From the NCBI RefSeq assembly GCF_018350175.1, contig NC_058377.1, forward strand, positions 108,686,001 to 108,750,000: a stretch of 64,000 bases of DNA, written 5' to 3'. Source of the DNA: Felis catus (lineage: Eukaryota). Below the pieces are notes generated by a model. It saw only the letters and a list, made by a program, of their open reading frames with translations. It did not search any database and had not been told where the DNA came from. Below are positions 60,633 to 64,000 of this stretch, one piece after another. Position numbers and translations under genes: made by a program. How positions within the stretch are numbered: the stretch's first letter is position 1; each line of letters begins with the position of its first letter.

Positions 60633-62399
60633 CGCCCTCTGCCCCCCAGGCCACACCCCCTTTTAGCTGGTTTTAGTTGCTCTGGGGGGAGGAGAGAAGG
60701 TAGAGCTGTTCTTAAATTTATTAAACAATTAATAATAAAAGGGAACACCAGTGTCTGTCCCAGCCTATGTCCAGGGCGTTGTGGCCACCTTCCCATCCAC
60801 CCACCTGCATTCCCCATGCTGAGCTGAGGCCAGAAGCGGTGGTGGGCAGGGTAGCAGAGTGAAGGGAGGGGCCAGAGGCCACGATTCTGCCAGGGTAGGA
60901 GCAGGGGTGCTGACAGAAGGAAGGCGGGCAGAGTGGTGGTGTAGGGCCTAAGCCAGAGGTGCTGCTTATGCTGGGGGACGACCTGTTTCGTTGTGCTTTA
61001 CGACCCCGGAAAGGTGCCTGTCTTTCTTTGAGCGGCCTCTTCGTGTCTCTCTGATGGAGGCTATTCTGCCCTCCCCGGGCTGCTGCAAAGGGACAGATTG
61101 GACGAGTAACGGGAAGAGGCCTTGCACGCTGTAGAAATCTGCGTCTGGTGCCACGAAGGGTATGTGGGAAGGAGCTGAGGGAGCAGAGGTAGGTGGGACT
61201 GTCGAGGGCCCCAAAGATCGGCTTTCGAGCAGGAACAGTGACACAGCTGGGCAGTCCGCCCCCATTTCTGAGCAGACCTTGGAATTGCGGGGTCCACGAG
61301 GCAGATGCGCGCCTTCAGGGAGCAGGGGCTCGGGGAGGCTGAGCAGGAGACGTGGAGGACGGTGGGCAGACTTGAGGTGCGTGTTAGCAGACTCGAGCGT
61401 GCTGAGACCTACTGGAAGTGGGGCTGAAAGGGAGGGAACTTTGATTCCCAGGTTTCTGTCTGCAGTGACTTGGGCAAGGCCCCCCCCCCTCCCAGCTGGA
61501 GGACGCAGAGAGAGAGCAAGATTAGGTGTTAGGCTGTGACGAGTTCGGGGTGCCTGTGAAGCTGCTGGGGAGAAGGCACTGGAACGTAGGGGCCTGGAGA
61601 CAGATGTGCGAGCTTAGAGAGTGGATGACCTCGCCTCAGGGACAGAGGGTGGAGCCTGGACAGGCCACCAAAGGAGACTGAAGAGCAGCCGCCCCCAGGG
61701 CCCCCAGGGGCCACTGGCGGTGCCCACGCAAGCGTGTCTGGGAGGAGGGAGAGGTCAGCGGTCCCAACACCTTGTGGGCTTTAGGGAAGGCTTGCTGGTC
61801 GTCGACAGGCTGGGAGCTGGAGGTGAGAAGCCGAGGTGAGGAGAAGTGATGCTCAAGGCTGAGAAGCAGAGATGAGAGCTGGGGCTCGGAACGAGGACAG
61901 AGGGGACAGTTTTGGGTTTTGTGTCCTAAGGTGGCAGAAATGTCAGCTGTAGCGAGGAAGGGGACTGGGGATGGGAGGGGGCGGGTGCGGTGAGGTCAGG
62001 TGGCCTGGGGCCGACCCCAGCCTGACCAGGGGGAGGTGCAAGGTGACGAGGGGGTTTGGCAGGGGCATTGAGGTACTCGGTTTTTATCTGACAGGGTCTG
62101 GCTTCTCTGGGGAAGAGGAGGCCAGGTGGCAGGCGTGGATGGGCCTGGAGCCTAGGAGCAGCTGGGTCCTGTCTGCTTCTCCTCTGCTCCCCCTCTGGTT
62201 ATAGTGTCCCTGCTATCTTTTGGGGACAACCCCAACCTATAGTACGCGCAGCTGTCCCCACTCCCTGATGTCAATGGGCGGGGACATCACACTACACACT
62301 GGCCACAGTGCGTGGTGCGGGCCAACCGACACACCTGAGCCCTTGGGACTTTAGGTGGGACCGTCGGGGAAGGGTATTCACAAGATCGCTAGCTTTCCC

Positions 62400-62720
62400 G
62401 TGGCACTGGAGGCAGGAAGGAACCCACTCGGGAGCCTTGGAGAGGATGATGGTGGCCACACCGGGGTAGCAAAGCGGGCAGAATGTAGGCTGGATGCTGC
62501 TAGAAGCCTTTTCCCACCCCGAGGAGCGCTCCTGGCTGAGGATGCGGTCAGCGCAGCAGATCCAGGAGGCTCAGAGATACTGACGTCTGATGACACCTGG
62601 ACCCAGTCTTGCCTGAACCCTGTATACCTTGGACTTCTGAGTCACGTGAGCCAATAAACATTTTCCCTCTCGAAGCCAGTTGGCTTTCTGTCACTCGTAA
62701 CTGAAAGAACTCTGGCTGAC
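62400..62720 (+). mobile_element. Old MaLR (MLT1-like) LTR fragment
   Basis: 3' LTR phrase tgagccaataaacattttccc..aagccagttgg..ttctgtcactcgtaactgaaag resembles MLT1 consensus ends; 5' boundary uncertain. Confidence 0.55.
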
Positions 62721-64000
62721 GGGGACCATGAACGGAAGGCGGTTCCCAAAGGCCCAGGAACGGGAGCAGCTCTCCCCAGCAGTAAGTTGGGCCCATCCGG
62801 GGAAGGTGGCCACTGGGGTCCGCTGAGCTGAGGACGTGCCAAGCAGGTGTGATGAGTCGGGGTGGGAGAGGAAGAGACCCTTGGAGCCTGTTGCTGGGCT
62901 CTGTCCAGAGGTGAGGTTCTGAACTGAGAGGGTTCGCAGCGACCAGGCTGGGGAGGATTGGGAGAGGCAAGGAGGCCAGGGTGCTGGGAGCAGCCTCCAG
63001 GCAAAAGGCTGGAGGAGGCGCAGGTGAGGAAAGATGCCAGGAGCCGCTGGCCTGCGCCTCTGCTTACGAGGCCTGCTTTTTAGCCTGGGCAGTGGGCTGA
63101 TGGGCACAACCTCTGGAACCAGGCCCTGGATTCAAATCCTGACCTCTCCATTTATTAGCTTTGAGCAAATCCTATAGCATGTCTGTGTCTCAGTCTTCTC
63201 AGCTGTAAAATGGGGCTAGCGATTACCTATGTCAGTTATGTGTGCTGTAACATACATACTAATTACTGGTGAGGACAAAGGGCCGATGTAACAAACTCGA
63301 AATACCCATGACTTTGAAGGTCACTGTAGAAAGGGCAAGCTCATAGACCACGGAGGGTTTTTGGGGCCAGGGCTGGAAGTGGCCCCGTTGGCTCTTCACC
63401 TCCCGTAGGAACTGTCACAAGGCCCCACCTGAGGGAGGCTAGGTGGTCAGACTGACCTCACAGGCCTCTGGGAAGGGCCTGACCCAGTCCTTACCAAGTG
63501 TTAGGAATGTAGCCTCCTGAGTGAGGGCAGGGACTCCGGGGAGACAGCACCTCTGGCTGGGCCTGGGCTCTGGGTGCGTCCTGGGAATGGGAAGGGTGGC
63601 GGGACCCGGCAGGTGCCACTGGGCACCAGGAGCCACAGCTTTCAGCATTCCATCTGCAGAGCCCTGTCCGGGCCCATTGATTTTCTCCCTTTGTTCTCTG
63701 TTTTCACGGGGGAGCCTTGAGCTTGGGGCCAAGTCCTATCCGAATGCCTCGATCCAGACTTGGCTGTGCCCTGGGGTGTAACTGTGACCAGTGTGTGAAA
63801 TGACCAGCAGCTTCTAGGCACCGTGGCCTCCCGGGGCTACCACCGTCGGGCGAAAGGTGTGGACCCAGCCCTCCCTGATGAGTAGAGAGTCTCCCTCCAC
63901 CGCGCCCCTGGGGATTCAGGCAGCAAACGTTCCTCGAGCACCCAGCATCCTCACTCAGCAGGGAGAGGAGGTACCACAGTCCCCCTCCCGGAGCCTGAAA

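Noticed and set aside
60900-64000. Exons of the next syntenic gene (TSGA10IP) or another gene
   Set aside because: No recognisable coding exons; only short ORFs and old repeats.

Overview
Mammalian genomic DNA, almost certainly a cat-family carnivore (many Can-SINE/SINEC copies; the cathepsin W matches my recollection of the feline protein). It is syntenic with the gene-dense human 11q13.1 cluster. Order: SNX32 3' end (+), CFL1 (-), MUS81 (+), EFEMP2 (-), CTSW (+), FIBP (-), CCDC85B (+), FOSL1 (-), a ~13 kb repeat- and enhancer-rich interval, C11orf68/BLES03 (-) and DRAP1 (+). Exon structures were reconstructed by hand from GT-AG boundaries and give intact frames of the expected size (MUS81 552 aa, EFEMP2 443, CTSW 374, FIBP 357, CCDC85B 202, FOSL1 273, DRAP1 205). 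I found no evidence of a wholly new multi-gene system. The most notable local features are: a tandem duplication of the MUS81 exon-15 splice acceptor, a U12-type intron in DRAP1, N-gaps that fall on CFL1 and C11orf68 exonic sequence, a 40-bp minisatellite beside an EFEMP2 donor, young SINEs re-inserted at the same target, a poly-Gly/GGC tract in C11orf68, an overlapping uORF in CCDC85B, and SRF/AP-1/NF-kB motif clusters. Comparisons to human or cat proteins are from memory and need checking.
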